Positions 37,124 to 46,584 of a stretch of DNA of 64,000 bases are shown in pieces. The translations under genes were made by a program, and so were the position numbers. Source of the DNA: Verrucomicrobiota bacterium (GTDB lineage: Bacteria; Verrucomicrobiota; Verrucomicrobiia; Opitutales; Seribacteraceae); the NCBI GenBank assembly GCA_027622665.1, contig JAQBYT010000005.1:96001-160000 (forward strand), read 5' to 3'. The notes under the pieces are model-generated. The model was not told the DNA's origin, did no database searches, and saw only the letters and a program-made list of their open reading frames with translations. Numbering within the stretch: the first letter of the stretch is position 1; each line of letters begins with the position of its first letter.

Positions 37124-38356
37124 TCAAGAGGGTGGCAAGGCAGCTATCCGCTTTTTGCTTTCAGCCGCCCAACTTGAATCTTTATAGAAAATTCCTACCT
37201 GTCGGTATACGTTGCGGGCTGCTTCGTTAAGATTAAGTTTTTCATAGGCGCCACCGGCCATGAGTAAAGATTCGGGCAACCAATCCAATCCGACGCGTGC
37301 CATAACTATGCCCTCCGTGACTTCAAGTACCGATTGTCTGTAATATTCAGCAGCTTGCTCCTTGCTCCCTTGAGCTTCATAACGTTTTGCATACTGTATT
37401 CGTAGCAAAGCCCGCAGTAACTTATAGAGAGAGTATTCATTGGTTTGACGCTTGGGAGGATTCTCATCGAGTTTCTTTAATCCTTGGGCGGCGGTGTTGA
37501 AGGATAGACTGGCTGCTGCCGCGTATTGAGGATTCGACGCGGCGTGGGGAGCATAAAGCTCGTACATTTGCAGGTGACAATAGATTGGCCAAATCGCGAC
37601 AATTCCCTTGAGGGGACTATTTGAAGCGTTTTGAAGGTTTGCCCCCAAGCGGACATAGGCTTCGATTGCATTGGGATACAGTTTGTTTCTACGAAGAGAG
37701 TCGCAAAGCTTGAGGTAGGCTTCATGGTCGGCCCCATTATTTCGAATATTTATCTTGGCTAAAAGAGTCCTGACACGATTGGCGGACTTTGGGTTAGCCG
37801 CTATCATTTTTCCCGCCAATTCCAGAGCCGCATCGGAGAATTCCCGATATTCGAAATCATCCAGTCTTTTAAGGTTTAGTTTATAAAGAAGAGTAAAAGC
37901 TTCGTCGAACTGCTCCATGCCAATGAGAGCTCGAACATATATTAGGCAATTGTCGTGAATGGACAAGAACTCCGGTTTGATTTCGTGGAAAGGTAATATC
38001 CCGTAAATGATCGGGCGAACCGCAGTTAGGAAGCTAGGATCGTACTGTTCATTTGCGAGAAACTTTAACCGTTGTAGAGTCTGGGGGGGAAAGGAGTATT
38101 CAAAACGATCGATGTTATTCCGTGTTTTCAACTCCCTCAAGCTATACTCTGACTGGGTTGTTTTGATAACGCCCTTCGTGTCGTCTACACTTAGTAACCG
38201 AGTCTCCATCGGTTTCGGGTTGTTCACATAGTAAACCTTAACCGGCAACCCCTGTTTTGGGGCATAAGTTTTGAAGTAATCTTGCCCAAATAAGCCAGTC
38301 GTTCCTAATGTTGAAACAACTAGTGATAGCCGAAGAATGTTAAAGGAAAAGCTCAT
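37124..38356 (-). CDS. Secreted helical/TPR-like protein
   Basis: Signal peptide; C-terminal TPR-like ESLLMAGGAYEKL...AARNVYRQV..FY..S.WA; 4-nt overlap with upstream gene. Confidence 0.7.
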   Translation of the reverse strand: MSFSFNILRLSLVVSTLGTTGLFGQDYFKTYAPKQGLPVKVYYVNNPKPMETRLLSVDDTKGVIKTTQSEYSLRELKTRNNIDRFEYSFPPQTLQRLKFLANEQYDPSFLTAVRPIIYGILPFHEIKPEFLSIHDNCLIYVRALIGMEQFDEAFTLLYKLNLKRLDDFEYREFSDAALELAGKMIAANPKSANRVRTLLAKINIRNNGADHEAYLKLCDSLRRNKLYPNAIEAYVRLGANLQNASNSPLKGIVAIWPIYCHLQMYELYAPHAASNPQYAAAASLSFNTAAQGLKKLDENPPKRQTNEYSLYKLLRALLRIQYAKRYEAQGSKEQAAEYYRQSVLEVTEGIVMARVGLDWLPESLLMAGGAYEKLNLNEAARNVYRQVGIFYKDSSWAAESKKRIAALPPS

Positions 38357-40518
38357 TTATATTTACCCGACCAAGAATTATACTGCTTTTCGACTTTGGT
38401 GACTTCGTCTCCCTTTCCCGCTTGCTCGAAGCATCGAATAGCTTGCAAAAACGATTTTTCTGCCCAAGTTACGCTTGCTGGGAAGTTCAATGCCGTATCC
38501 ATATAGTAGTAAGCCGCACCTCCTGAATCTCGTTGAACAAATAGACATTCACCCATCATGAAAGAGGACTCGGCACGTAGCTCTAGAGCCATATCGGTGT
38601 CATTACGAACTTGTTCAAAAGCGGAAGCTGCGCGTTCGAAAGAATTTTTGTCTCTATCCGTTTTTCCAACCTCGAAATAAGCTCTTCCCATACGGATTCT
38701 GGCGGAACCCGCGTTCTCGTGCCAAGAAGAGTTGGTCAAGGCTTGGTCGAAGTGGTTGGCGGCGGCCTTGTGGTCGCGTTCTCGCTCACTTGCTTCGCCT
38801 AGTACGTAGTGTGCATCGAAAAGAAATTCACCACCTGTTTCTCCATACATATTAACCAAGCGTTCCATCGCTGCAATAGCATCCTCGGTTTGGTTCTGGG
38901 CAAGAAGCTTTTTGCCCATCCACACAAGGACGCCAGGACTTGCGTTTGGGAAATCGCCCCGGTTGGGGACATAGGTGCCGGAGACAGGGGCTCCCACCTT
39001 TTCGAGGATGGCCCTCATACGTAAGGCAAGGGTCGTTTGCCCTGCCGACTGTGCCTCGTCGAAGAGAGCCTTGAACGTCTGGGCCGGGGAAAGTTCGTTT
39101 GGGAAATTGGCAACTAATTTTTCATATTTCTTACGTAATCCGTCAAATTCCTTTTTTGTGTTATCGTTTGTGTAAACAGAAGTGCGAGCACGAACCATTT
39201 TGTCGTAAACTTCTTGCTCCATGCCCTTGAATTCAGAGCCTAACCATGGCAACAACTTGCGTCGGTCCTTGAGGATTTCTTCCACCGTTCCCGAAATCGT
39301 GGATTCACTACCTTTGCGATCCTTATAGGCAAACACAACGGCTTGGCCCGGATTTTTGATTATAGTTAAGAGTTTGTAAGTGTTGCCGAATAGTTTGTCG
39401 TAGTGCTCGTACTTTTCGGAATAGATTTTTAAGATTTCATCAACGCCCACGGTTCCAGGATCATTCCCGAATTTCTTAATGTCGGCATGGTACATCTTTA
39501 ACATTTCCGCCGGTCGCCCTTGCTTCTCGCAAGCCATGCCAATTTTTTTGGTCGCTTGCGAGGCTCCCGAATCCTCTTGGTCGCCGAACTTTTCAAGGAA
39601 TTCCCGAAAAAGGATTTCAAGTGAAGCATATAGAGAAATCGTGGTCACTTCGTACAGCTCTTCCCAATCCACGACTTTATCGCCGTTGATATTGGCCTCA
39701 GAGAAGGGGTACTCGTCGGCTAATCCCGTGGCGGCGTATTCTGCGCTCTCAAGCTCTTCGTTCTTGTTCGTATCGAAGGTTAAGTAATGATTAACATGAC
39801 CTTCTGGATCTACGGCGACGTTTTCTATTAGCTGACCTTCGTTGAAGTACGAATCACGAATGAGGTTCACCTTTTGGGTTAGTTCCCTGACCTTCCCATA
39901 ATGCATCCGAGAATTGGAAATTTGTTCATAACTAGGTTTTTCGTCCCCCTTGAGACCGCTGACGGAGAGATCACCAAGACTGAGATGGGCATCGGCAACC
40001 AACTGATCGGTAGGGAATTTTATCACGAATTGGTTAAACAGGCGGATGGCGTTGACGTAATCTTCGCTTCCTTGAAATGCGACGGCCAATCTGAACGTCG
40101 CGTCTTTTGCATAATCTTCGGAAGGGTGATGACGAGTTCTTGCCCCGTTCGACCATGGATCCATAATCGCGGCTTTGCCTGAAGCCACGGATTTACCTCC
40201 TCCGACTTTGTCGGATATTCTCCACTCAAGGCCGTTGAACCAAAGGAAAAAACCATCGCCGTCAGCGTAGACGGGTTTGCCGCTGGATTCTTCATCAGTG
40301 GGAAGATACACGCCATTGGGGTCTGGGGTAGGTTCGGGTTCCGGCTCTTCTTCCGGTTCCGGTGGCGTTTCTTTTTTTGGAGCCTTGGGAGCTTCTTCTT
40401 TGGCGTTTGCCTTATCATCCTCGGGGGGAAGCGATGGCTCCTCATCTCCTCCGCACCCCTGCAGGAAGAGTAAGAGCCCAAAGGTCAGGCTGATTGAAAT
40501 GTATTTGAAGTTATTCAC
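38353..40518 (-). CDS. TPR lipoprotein with Pro/Glu linker and EF-hand-like loops
   Basis: GTG 40518 just after the upstream TGA; LQGC lipobox; PEPEEEPEPEP linker; multiple TPR-like helices. Confidence 0.8.
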   Translation of the reverse strand: MNNFKYISISLTFGLLLFLQGCGGDEEPSLPPEDDKANAKEEAPKAPKKETPPEPEEEPEPEPTPDPNGVYLPTDEESSGKPVYADGDGFFLWFNGLEWRISDKVGGGKSVASGKAAIMDPWSNGARTRHHPSEDYAKDATFRLAVAFQGSEDYVNAIRLFNQFVIKFPTDQLVADAHLSLGDLSVSGLKGDEKPSYEQISNSRMHYGKVRELTQKVNLIRDSYFNEGQLIENVAVDPEGHVNHYLTFDTNKNEELESAEYAATGLADEYPFSEANINGDKVVDWEELYEVTTISLYASLEILFREFLEKFGDQEDSGASQATKKIGMACEKQGRPAEMLKMYHADIKKFGNDPGTVGVDEILKIYSEKYEHYDKLFGNTYKLLTIIKNPGQAVVFAYKDRKGSESTISGTVEEILKDRRKLLPWLGSEFKGMEQEVYDKMVRARTSVYTNDNTKKEFDGLRKKYEKLVANFPNELSPAQTFKALFDEAQSAGQTTLALRMRAILEKVGAPVSGTYVPNRGDFPNASPGVLVWMGKKLLAQNQTEDAIAAMERLVNMYGETGGEFLFDAHYVLGEASERERDHKAAANHFDQALTNSSWHENAGSARIRMGRAYFEVGKTDRDKNSFERAASAFEQVRNDTDMALELRAESSFMMGECLFVQRDSGGAAYYYMDTALNFPASVTWAEKSFLQAIRCFEQAGKGDEVTKVEKQYNSWSGKYK

Positions 40519-40519
40519 C

Positions 40520-42367
40520 TCAAAGGCCTTCGGACTGATTGGAGTCAGTTTCCGGCACGTATGGTTTTTCCTTAAATTCTTTCTCGCCACCAAGCCCGTT
40601 CATGTCGGAAAGATCTTTGACCGGTAGACCTGTTACGTTCACTCCCACCAAGGCGCCGAGCAGCGGTTTTGCTTCGTTGAACTTCCCCGTCGCTAGCAGG
40701 GCTAGACCACTGAAGTAATGAGCCGGAGCCATGGCTGGGCTTTTGTTGAACTTTTCGTTGTTAACGTAACCCTTGGATCTATCCATGACCCCGTTTTCAA
40801 AACCCGCGAACTTTACAAGCAAGTCATCAAACCTTTTTCTACCGAAGTAAACGGAGCCCATCATGTTGATAAAGTCTCGAGAGTATTCGTGTTCGGGCAT
40901 GACCTCGAGAAATCGATCGCAAAGCTCAAAAAAACGGTTGTAATACTCTTCAGCCTTGGTCTTGGCCACCGAGCCCGCTTCCCGGTCTTTCGTGCTAATG
41001 GCACCATCGAGAGACTTAGCGAGTGCGTCCTGTACTTTTGCTTCGGACCGGTAGGCATTGGCCATGATGAATGTCACGTCGGCTCGAAAGCTTTTCCAAT
41101 CCGTATTGGCCAAGTACTCTTCTCCTAGTTCGATGGACTTTTCTCGATGCTTCACCCCATTGGCGGATGCGAAGGCTGCGTACAGAAAATTTTCGACGTT
41201 AGCGTGTTTAGGAAAATCCTTGTAGAGCCAGTAGAAGCCCCAAAAAGCTTCCCAGTCACGTTTTGTTTCCTTGAAATTCTCGGCTTTCCTCCATCTTAAG
41301 GTTGTGGTGAAGGAAGGTATTTTAGCTATCTGGTCCAGCCTGCCTTGCGCATTGGTTACCTTCATGGCCAAGTCGTTGATTCTATCCTTGAGAATCTCGG
41401 CTCGACGAGGCGGAAGAGCCCTTCCGCGCAGGGACATGAAGTTTTTCAGCGTGGTCAACTCGGTTTTTAATTGTACATGCCTTTCTTCGTAATAGTTTTT
41501 GATTTCCTCGGTCGTCATGGTGAGGGCAAAAAACAGGGAAGCTTCCACATGACGTCCCGCCGTCTTCAGTTGTTCGGCTCCCGTCATCAGGTTGACGTTG
41601 AGTCGAATGTCGTATCGAGCAGGTGTGTCACCCGTCAGCCTCGGCAGTAGTGGGAAAACATCTTCTATGCGCTTATTCACTACAAACATTTCGACCAAGC
41701 AGGACACGGCGTAGGCAGCCCGATCTTCGTCTTTCGCCTTGTCCGCAACCACTAGCAACTCCCTGAACGCAGGCTCACCCTGAACCCACGCTTGTTCAAT
41801 ATGGTAGCACTGGGCTCGGCCAAAGTACAGGTTCATCAGTTCGCTACGCTTTAAGATTTGCTTTCGATAAGGTTTTTTTGGGTCGAGCAAAATTTCAATT
41901 ACTTTCGCTGCTTCCTTGAACTCATTGAGAGCTCGCAGGCACATCGTCCTCTTTTGCATGGCCATTACGGCTTTTGGGTCATTAGGGAATTTTTCCGCAA
42001 AGAAACCAAAGGCAGCGGCTGCCTTCCCCAAGAAGCCTTGGTCTCCCGTTTTGGCAAAACTTTGTAAATAACCAACACCTCGGACAAAACCGAATTGTTG
42101 AAGAATTTTGGCGATCTCGGGGTCTTCCTCGTCTTCGAAGCGAACTTCCAGTTCATCAAGGTATGGAGCCGCACCCGCGAAGTCACCTTCTCCAATTTTG
42201 GACTGGGCGCTTGAGATAACTTGGCGCAGGGGCATGTCTTCCGCACTTTGGGCAAGACCGCCTGTGGGAAGCAAAATTAGCCCGAAAATGCTGAGTGTCC
42301 AGAAACAAGTACTTGCGAGAGAGAACGCAAATAGTCTGCTAGTAGGCAGTGGCAATCTTTTTTCCAT
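40520..42367 (-). CDS. Secreted tetratricopeptide-repeat protein
   Basis: Signal peptide; TPR-like helices (F..KFP.D, YFGRAQCY, AHYFSGLALLATGKFNEA). Confidence 0.78.
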   Translation of the reverse strand: MEKRLPLPTSRLFAFSLASTCFWTLSIFGLILLPTGGLAQSAEDMPLRQVISSAQSKIGEGDFAGAAPYLDELEVRFEDEEDPEIAKILQQFGFVRGVGYLQSFAKTGDQGFLGKAAAAFGFFAEKFPNDPKAVMAMQKRTMCLRALNEFKEAAKVIEILLDPKKPYRKQILKRSELMNLYFGRAQCYHIEQAWVQGEPAFRELLVVADKAKDEDRAAYAVSCLVEMFVVNKRIEDVFPLLPRLTGDTPARYDIRLNVNLMTGAEQLKTAGRHVEASLFFALTMTTEEIKNYYEERHVQLKTELTTLKNFMSLRGRALPPRRAEILKDRINDLAMKVTNAQGRLDQIAKIPSFTTTLRWRKAENFKETKRDWEAFWGFYWLYKDFPKHANVENFLYAAFASANGVKHREKSIELGEEYLANTDWKSFRADVTFIMANAYRSEAKVQDALAKSLDGAISTKDREAGSVAKTKAEEYYNRFFELCDRFLEVMPEHEYSRDFINMMGSVYFGRKRFDDLLVKFAGFENGVMDRSKGYVNNEKFNKSPAMAPAHYFSGLALLATGKFNEAKPLLGALVGVNVTGLPVKDLSDMNGLGGEKEFKEKPYVPETDSNQSEGL

Positions 42368-42511
42368 TGGGCTGAGGGGCGATATTCAATGAAATTCCTT
42401 AGAGCATTTTCCCGCAAGCCTTTTTTCTAAGCAACCAGATTCGCAACGACACCCATATTTTCTAGGTCATCTAGTAAACCGGTAAGTTTCAACAGTTCTT
42501 CGCCAAACCGT

Positions 42512-43504
42512 TTACTCAACGCAGCACGGGCAGTTGGAGACCAAGTGTCCGGGGTTTATTTCCCTAAGGTGAATGTCCATGCCGATGCTTTTTTCATAGT
42601 GAGGAGCTGATACGCGGTGGCCAAAAGCGCAACCTGGTGGCGGATCGATCGGGGAAGGAACATCTCCTTCTATGGGTTTGCGTTGGCGCTCGACGGTGGG
42701 ATCTGGAACGGGAATGGCCGACAGCAGAGCTTTGGTGTAAGCGTGCTGTGGGTTAGCATGGAGTTCGTCAGCGGAGGTCATTTCGACGATTTTTCCCAGA
42801 TACATCACGGCGATGCGATCGGAAACATGCTTCACGACGGCAAGATCGTGGGAAATGAAGAGATAGGATAGTCCCAGCTCGCGTTGCAGATCCATAAGGA
42901 GATTCAAGATCTGGCTCTGGACGGAGACGTCGAGAGCGGAAACCGGTTCGTCTAGTATCAGCAGATCGGGATTAACGGCCAAGGATCGGGCGATGCCTAT
43001 TCGTTGGCGCTGCCCGCCTGAAAACTCGAAGGTGAACTTGCTTGCGGCAGAAGCCGGCATCGCTACCAGTTCCAGTAGTTCATCCACTCTCTTTTTGCGA
43101 GTTTCTCGTGTGCCGAGTTTCTGGATCACCATTGGCTCTGCTATCAGTTCGCCTACCGACATGCGAGCGTCCAGTGACTCTGCAGGATCCTGAAAGACCA
43201 TCTGAAAGTCCTGACGCAAGGGTCGCAATTGAGATTGGGACATCTCGGTCACGTCGCGTCCCTTGATCACCACCCGACCTGCCGTGGCGTTCAACAATCG
43301 TACGATGCATTTGCCCAGAGTGGATTTTCCGCAACCCGATTCACCAACCAAGCCTAAGGTTTCCCCTTTGCCGATGGATAAACTGACGCCATCGACCGCT
43401 TTTACCGAACCAGTCTGCCGATAGAGAACGCCTCCCCGAAGAGGGAAGTGCATCTTTAGTCCTTCCACAGAGAGGATATCGCCGTTTTCGGTAGGTTCAG
43501 CCAT
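42512..43504 (-). CDS. oppF: Peptide ABC transporter ATP-binding subunit (OppF/DppF type)
   Basis: GESGCGKST, FSGGQRQR, LDEPVSALD, C-terminal Cys cluster. Confidence 0.93.
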   Translation of the reverse strand: MAEPTENGDILSVEGLKMHFPLRGGVLYRQTGSVKAVDGVSLSIGKGETLGLVGESGCGKSTLGKCIVRLLNATAGRVVIKGRDVTEMSQSQLRPLRQDFQMVFQDPAESLDARMSVGELIAEPMVIQKLGTRETRKKRVDELLELVAMPASAASKFTFEFSGGQRQRIGIARSLAVNPDLLILDEPVSALDVSVQSQILNLLMDLQRELGLSYLFISHDLAVVKHVSDRIAVMYLGKIVEMTSADELHANPQHAYTKALLSAIPVPDPTVERQRKPIEGDVPSPIDPPPGCAFGHRVSAPHYEKSIGMDIHLREINPGHLVSNCPCCVE

Positions 43505-43510
43505 GACGGT

Positions 43511-44479
43511 TCAGGTACATTCGGGACAGGTTTCGAGAAAGTGTCCCGATTCGACTTCCTCGTAGCGGGGGCGAGTATTCAAGGTCTCTCCTCCGCGTTC
43601 CATGCGTTGACAGAACCGGCACCCGGAGACGAAATCCTGAATGGAGGCAACTTGTCCGGGAATGGTCCGTAGTTCGCTTTTTCGTTCGTTTGTCAATCGT
43701 GGTATCGAAGCCAGTAATCCCTTGGTGTAGGCATGTTTCGGTTTGGCAAAAAGTTCCTTCACGGGGGCTCGTTCCACGATGCGTCCGGCGTACATCACGA
43801 CCACCTCGTCGCACTGTTCGGCGATCACTCCGAGGTCATGCGTTATAAGCAAAGTGGCCATGCCGCGTTCTTTCTGCATCTTCGACATCAGGTCGAGAAT
43901 CTGGGCCTGCACGGTGACGTCGAGAGCCGTGGTAGGCTCATCGGCGATAAGCAGGTCGGGGTCGCAGCATAGGGCGATGGCGATCATCACCCGTTGCCTC
44001 ATTCCTCCCGAAAGTTCATGAGGGTGGTCGGAGATCCGTCTTTCCGGGGAAGGAATGCCGACGGCATCCAGTAATTCGACCGCATGCTTAAGCGCTTCTC
44101 GCTTACTGACGTCTTTGTGAAGTAGCAAGGCCTCGATGATCTGCTTGCCGACCCGTTGCACCGGGTTTAGGGCGGTCATCGGTTCTTGGAAGATGACTCC
44201 GATTTCATTTCCTCGGGTCTTGTACATTACTTCGGGGTCGGCATCCCGCAACTCCTGCCCCTTGAAACTTATACTGCCGCCCAATATGCGTCCGGCAGGC
44301 TTTGGCAGCAGATCGACAATCGACATCGCGGAAACCGTCTTCCCGCATCCCGATTCGCCAACGATTCCGAGCGTTCGACCCTTTTCCAGTTCGAAGGATA
44401 CCCCGTCTACCGCACGGACAAGTCCATCCTCGGTATCAAAGCCTGATTCCAGGCCCTCGATCTCGAGCAGTTTACTCAC
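43511..44479 (-). CDS. oppD: Peptide ABC transporter ATP-binding subunit (OppD/DppD type)
   Basis: [30 protein letters not shown]. Confidence 0.93.
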   Translation of the reverse strand: MSKLLEIEGLESGFDTEDGLVRAVDGVSFELEKGRTLGIVGESGCGKTVSAMSIVDLLPKPAGRILGGSISFKGQELRDADPEVMYKTRGNEIGVIFQEPMTALNPVQRVGKQIIEALLLHKDVSKREALKHAVELLDAVGIPSPERRISDHPHELSGGMRQRVMIAIALCCDPDLLIADEPTTALDVTVQAQILDLMSKMQKERGMATLLITHDLGVIAEQCDEVVVMYAGRIVERAPVKELFAKPKHAYTKGLLASIPRLTNERKSELRTIPGQVASIQDFVSGCRFCQRMERGGETLNTRPRYEEVESGHFLETCPECT

Positions 44480-46580
44480 CGGAATCGCCTTTCGTTTCGT
44501 TCTTGATGCGGTACCTTTGCTTGGCCGCCTGCACCTCGGGAAACTTCTTGCCCGAACGCTTGGCTGTCTCCGTCTCGCGTTTAATGTCCTCGTCTATCCA
44601 GTAAACGTAACTCTCGAAAGGTGCGTAGGTTCGCGGCGGACAAAATTCGGTGTACTCGGAATCCGGCCAACGTACCCAGCGCCAACATCCTACGCGAGAG
44701 AACTCAGTCATGTATCCGGGAACGTAAACGCCGGAGTCGTGAATGATTTGCTGCATCTCGTGGGCATATTTTTCTAGTTCATCCTCCGTGCGGGCATTTC
44801 GAAAAGCCACGGAAAGTTGATCCATGCGCTCGTCCTTGAAGGAGAAAACGTTGTTTGTGTTGTGTTTCAAGTTCCCTTTGTCGTCGTAGGCGTTGCTGGA
44901 GTGAAAGTACTCGTAATACCTAGGGTAAGGCGGCTGGAAGCCCCATGCGGAGAAGACGGCTTGATGGTTCTTTTGCATCTCTTTCTTGTAGACCACGGTG
45001 TGGTCGAGGCCGTCCATTATGAAATCCAACCCGGCCTTTTTCGCCTCCTCTTTCAGGATGCCCATCATCTTTTCTCTAACTGGGATTCTGGAGAAAGTAA
45101 GCGCCACTTCCAGTCGCTGTCCGTCTTCCTTCATCAATATGCCGTCGTCCCCCTCCTTGACGTATCCCGCCTTCGCAAAATGTTCGCGGGCTTTGTTAAT
45201 GGAAAAAGGGCGAGCCATTATATCCGGATTGTCGAAACGTCCGTAACCTTTGGTCCAGCCAGGGAGGCGAGAAGCATCGCCCCGAAAAATCACGTCTATG
45301 ACCTTTTGCCAGTTGGAGGCATAACAAATACCTAGTCGCACGTCTTGGTTGTCCAAGGGTGGCTTGGCCGAGTTCAAGTAAAGCGACCATGGGATGCGAG
45401 GAAACTGGTTGTACCACGTGTAACGTTCGACGTAGCCGTCAAATACCGGCGGCATCTCGGATTTCTGGTACCAGTATTCGGGAAGCGTAATCGGGAAATA
45501 GTCGAGTTCTCCTGCTCGGAACAATTCCCATGCCTTGGAACGATCTCTAATCACGGTGTATCGAATTCGATCCACGTTATATCTGTACTTAAAGAATTTC
45601 TTGTCCTTAGCCCACCAGTCGTCCGTTCGACTCAAGGTGATCGACACTCCTTTTACCAAGTCTTCCGGTTTGACGGTGTAGGCGGCGGTGGTCGGTGGAA
45701 CGCGCCACTGGTAACGTTCCTTGTAGTCGGGACCGTACTCCTTGTAGAAATGCGATGGTGAGGGAGGAAGACTGGCAAAGTAGGCAAGTTTCGGCTTGGG
45801 TTCGGGAAGTGATATCGCAATCACCTCGGCTCCGAAAAGGGTAAACTGGGCCATTTGCTCGCGCAGGTATTGCTTGAACCAAGGCGTGACGACGTTGTCC
45901 GATGCCCGAACATAGACCCACCACATGAAGTCGATGGCCTTGACCGCTACGCCGTCGTTGTATTTGGCGTCGGGGTCGAGACGGAAGAAAACCGTCTTAC
46001 CGTCCGTACCTATAGCCCACTCCTTGGCCACCCCGGGAATCACCTCACCCGTCTCGGGGTGCAGATCTACCAAGCTGACCTCGATATTGTCATAGAGTTC
46101 CCCGCGGAAGGAATTGTTCGAGTTCGGACCAAATGGACGAATGGTTGGCGGAAAAGAGGATATGAAATAGCGGAAAGCTCCCCCTTTTTTAGCTTTGGGA
46201 TCACCGATCTCAGGTTGTTTCAAACCGTTGTTCCAGACTAGTTCCGACGGCAAATCTTCAACCGTTTTGAACTGGAAATAATCCCCCATGGCTTGGCGGC
46301 TTTGCATGCGCTCGAGCAGTTTTTTCTTTTCGAGAAGCACTTCTTGAATCTTTTTCTTACCTTCATCGTCGTCGATTTCGGCGAGCTCGGCATCGAGCTT
46401 CTCCATCTCCATTTCGATTTCCCCTACTTGCTTGGTCAACCAATTGCGGATGTAGCGATTATATTGGGGATACCATTCTTCGAAATTCGCCTCCGTAGAA
46501 AGACCCTCGCCAACCCGTTCGCATCCTCCAAGGAAGAACAGGGAGAGAAAACAAGCCGAGAGTACGTAGCAAACTTTCAT
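44472..46580 (-). CDS. Peptide ABC transporter substrate-binding lipoprotein (YejA-like)
   Basis: LGGC lipobox, N-terminal coiled coil, IGDPKAKKGG, WWAKD, YNVDRI.Y (family 5 SBP). Confidence 0.88.
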   Translation of the reverse strand: MKVCYVLSACFLSLFFLGGCERVGEGLSTEANFEEWYPQYNRYIRNWLTKQVGEIEMEMEKLDAELAEIDDDEGKKKIQEVLLEKKKLLERMQSRQAMGDYFQFKTVEDLPSELVWNNGLKQPEIGDPKAKKGGAFRYFISSFPPTIRPFGPNSNNSFRGELYDNIEVSLVDLHPETGEVIPGVAKEWAIGTDGKTVFFRLDPDAKYNDGVAVKAIDFMWWVYVRASDNVVTPWFKQYLREQMAQFTLFGAEVIAISLPEPKPKLAYFASLPPSPSHFYKEYGPDYKERYQWRVPPTTAAYTVKPEDLVKGVSITLSRTDDWWAKDKKFFKYRYNVDRIRYTVIRDRSKAWELFRAGELDYFPITLPEYWYQKSEMPPVFDGYVERYTWYNQFPRIPWSLYLNSAKPPLDNQDVRLGICYASNWQKVIDVIFRGDASRLPGWTKGYGRFDNPDIMARPFSINKAREHFAKAGYVKEGDDGILMKEDGQRLEVALTFSRIPVREKMMGILKEEAKKAGLDFIMDGLDHTVVYKKEMQKNHQAVFSAWGFQPPYPRYYEYFHSSNAYDDKGNLKHNTNNVFSFKDERMDQLSVAFRNARTEDELEKYAHEMQQIIHDSGVYVPGYMTEFSRVGCWRWVRWPDSEYTEFCPPRTYAPFESYVYWIDEDIKRETETAKRSGKKFPEVQAAKQRYRIKNETKGDSGE

Positions 46581-46584
46581 CAGT

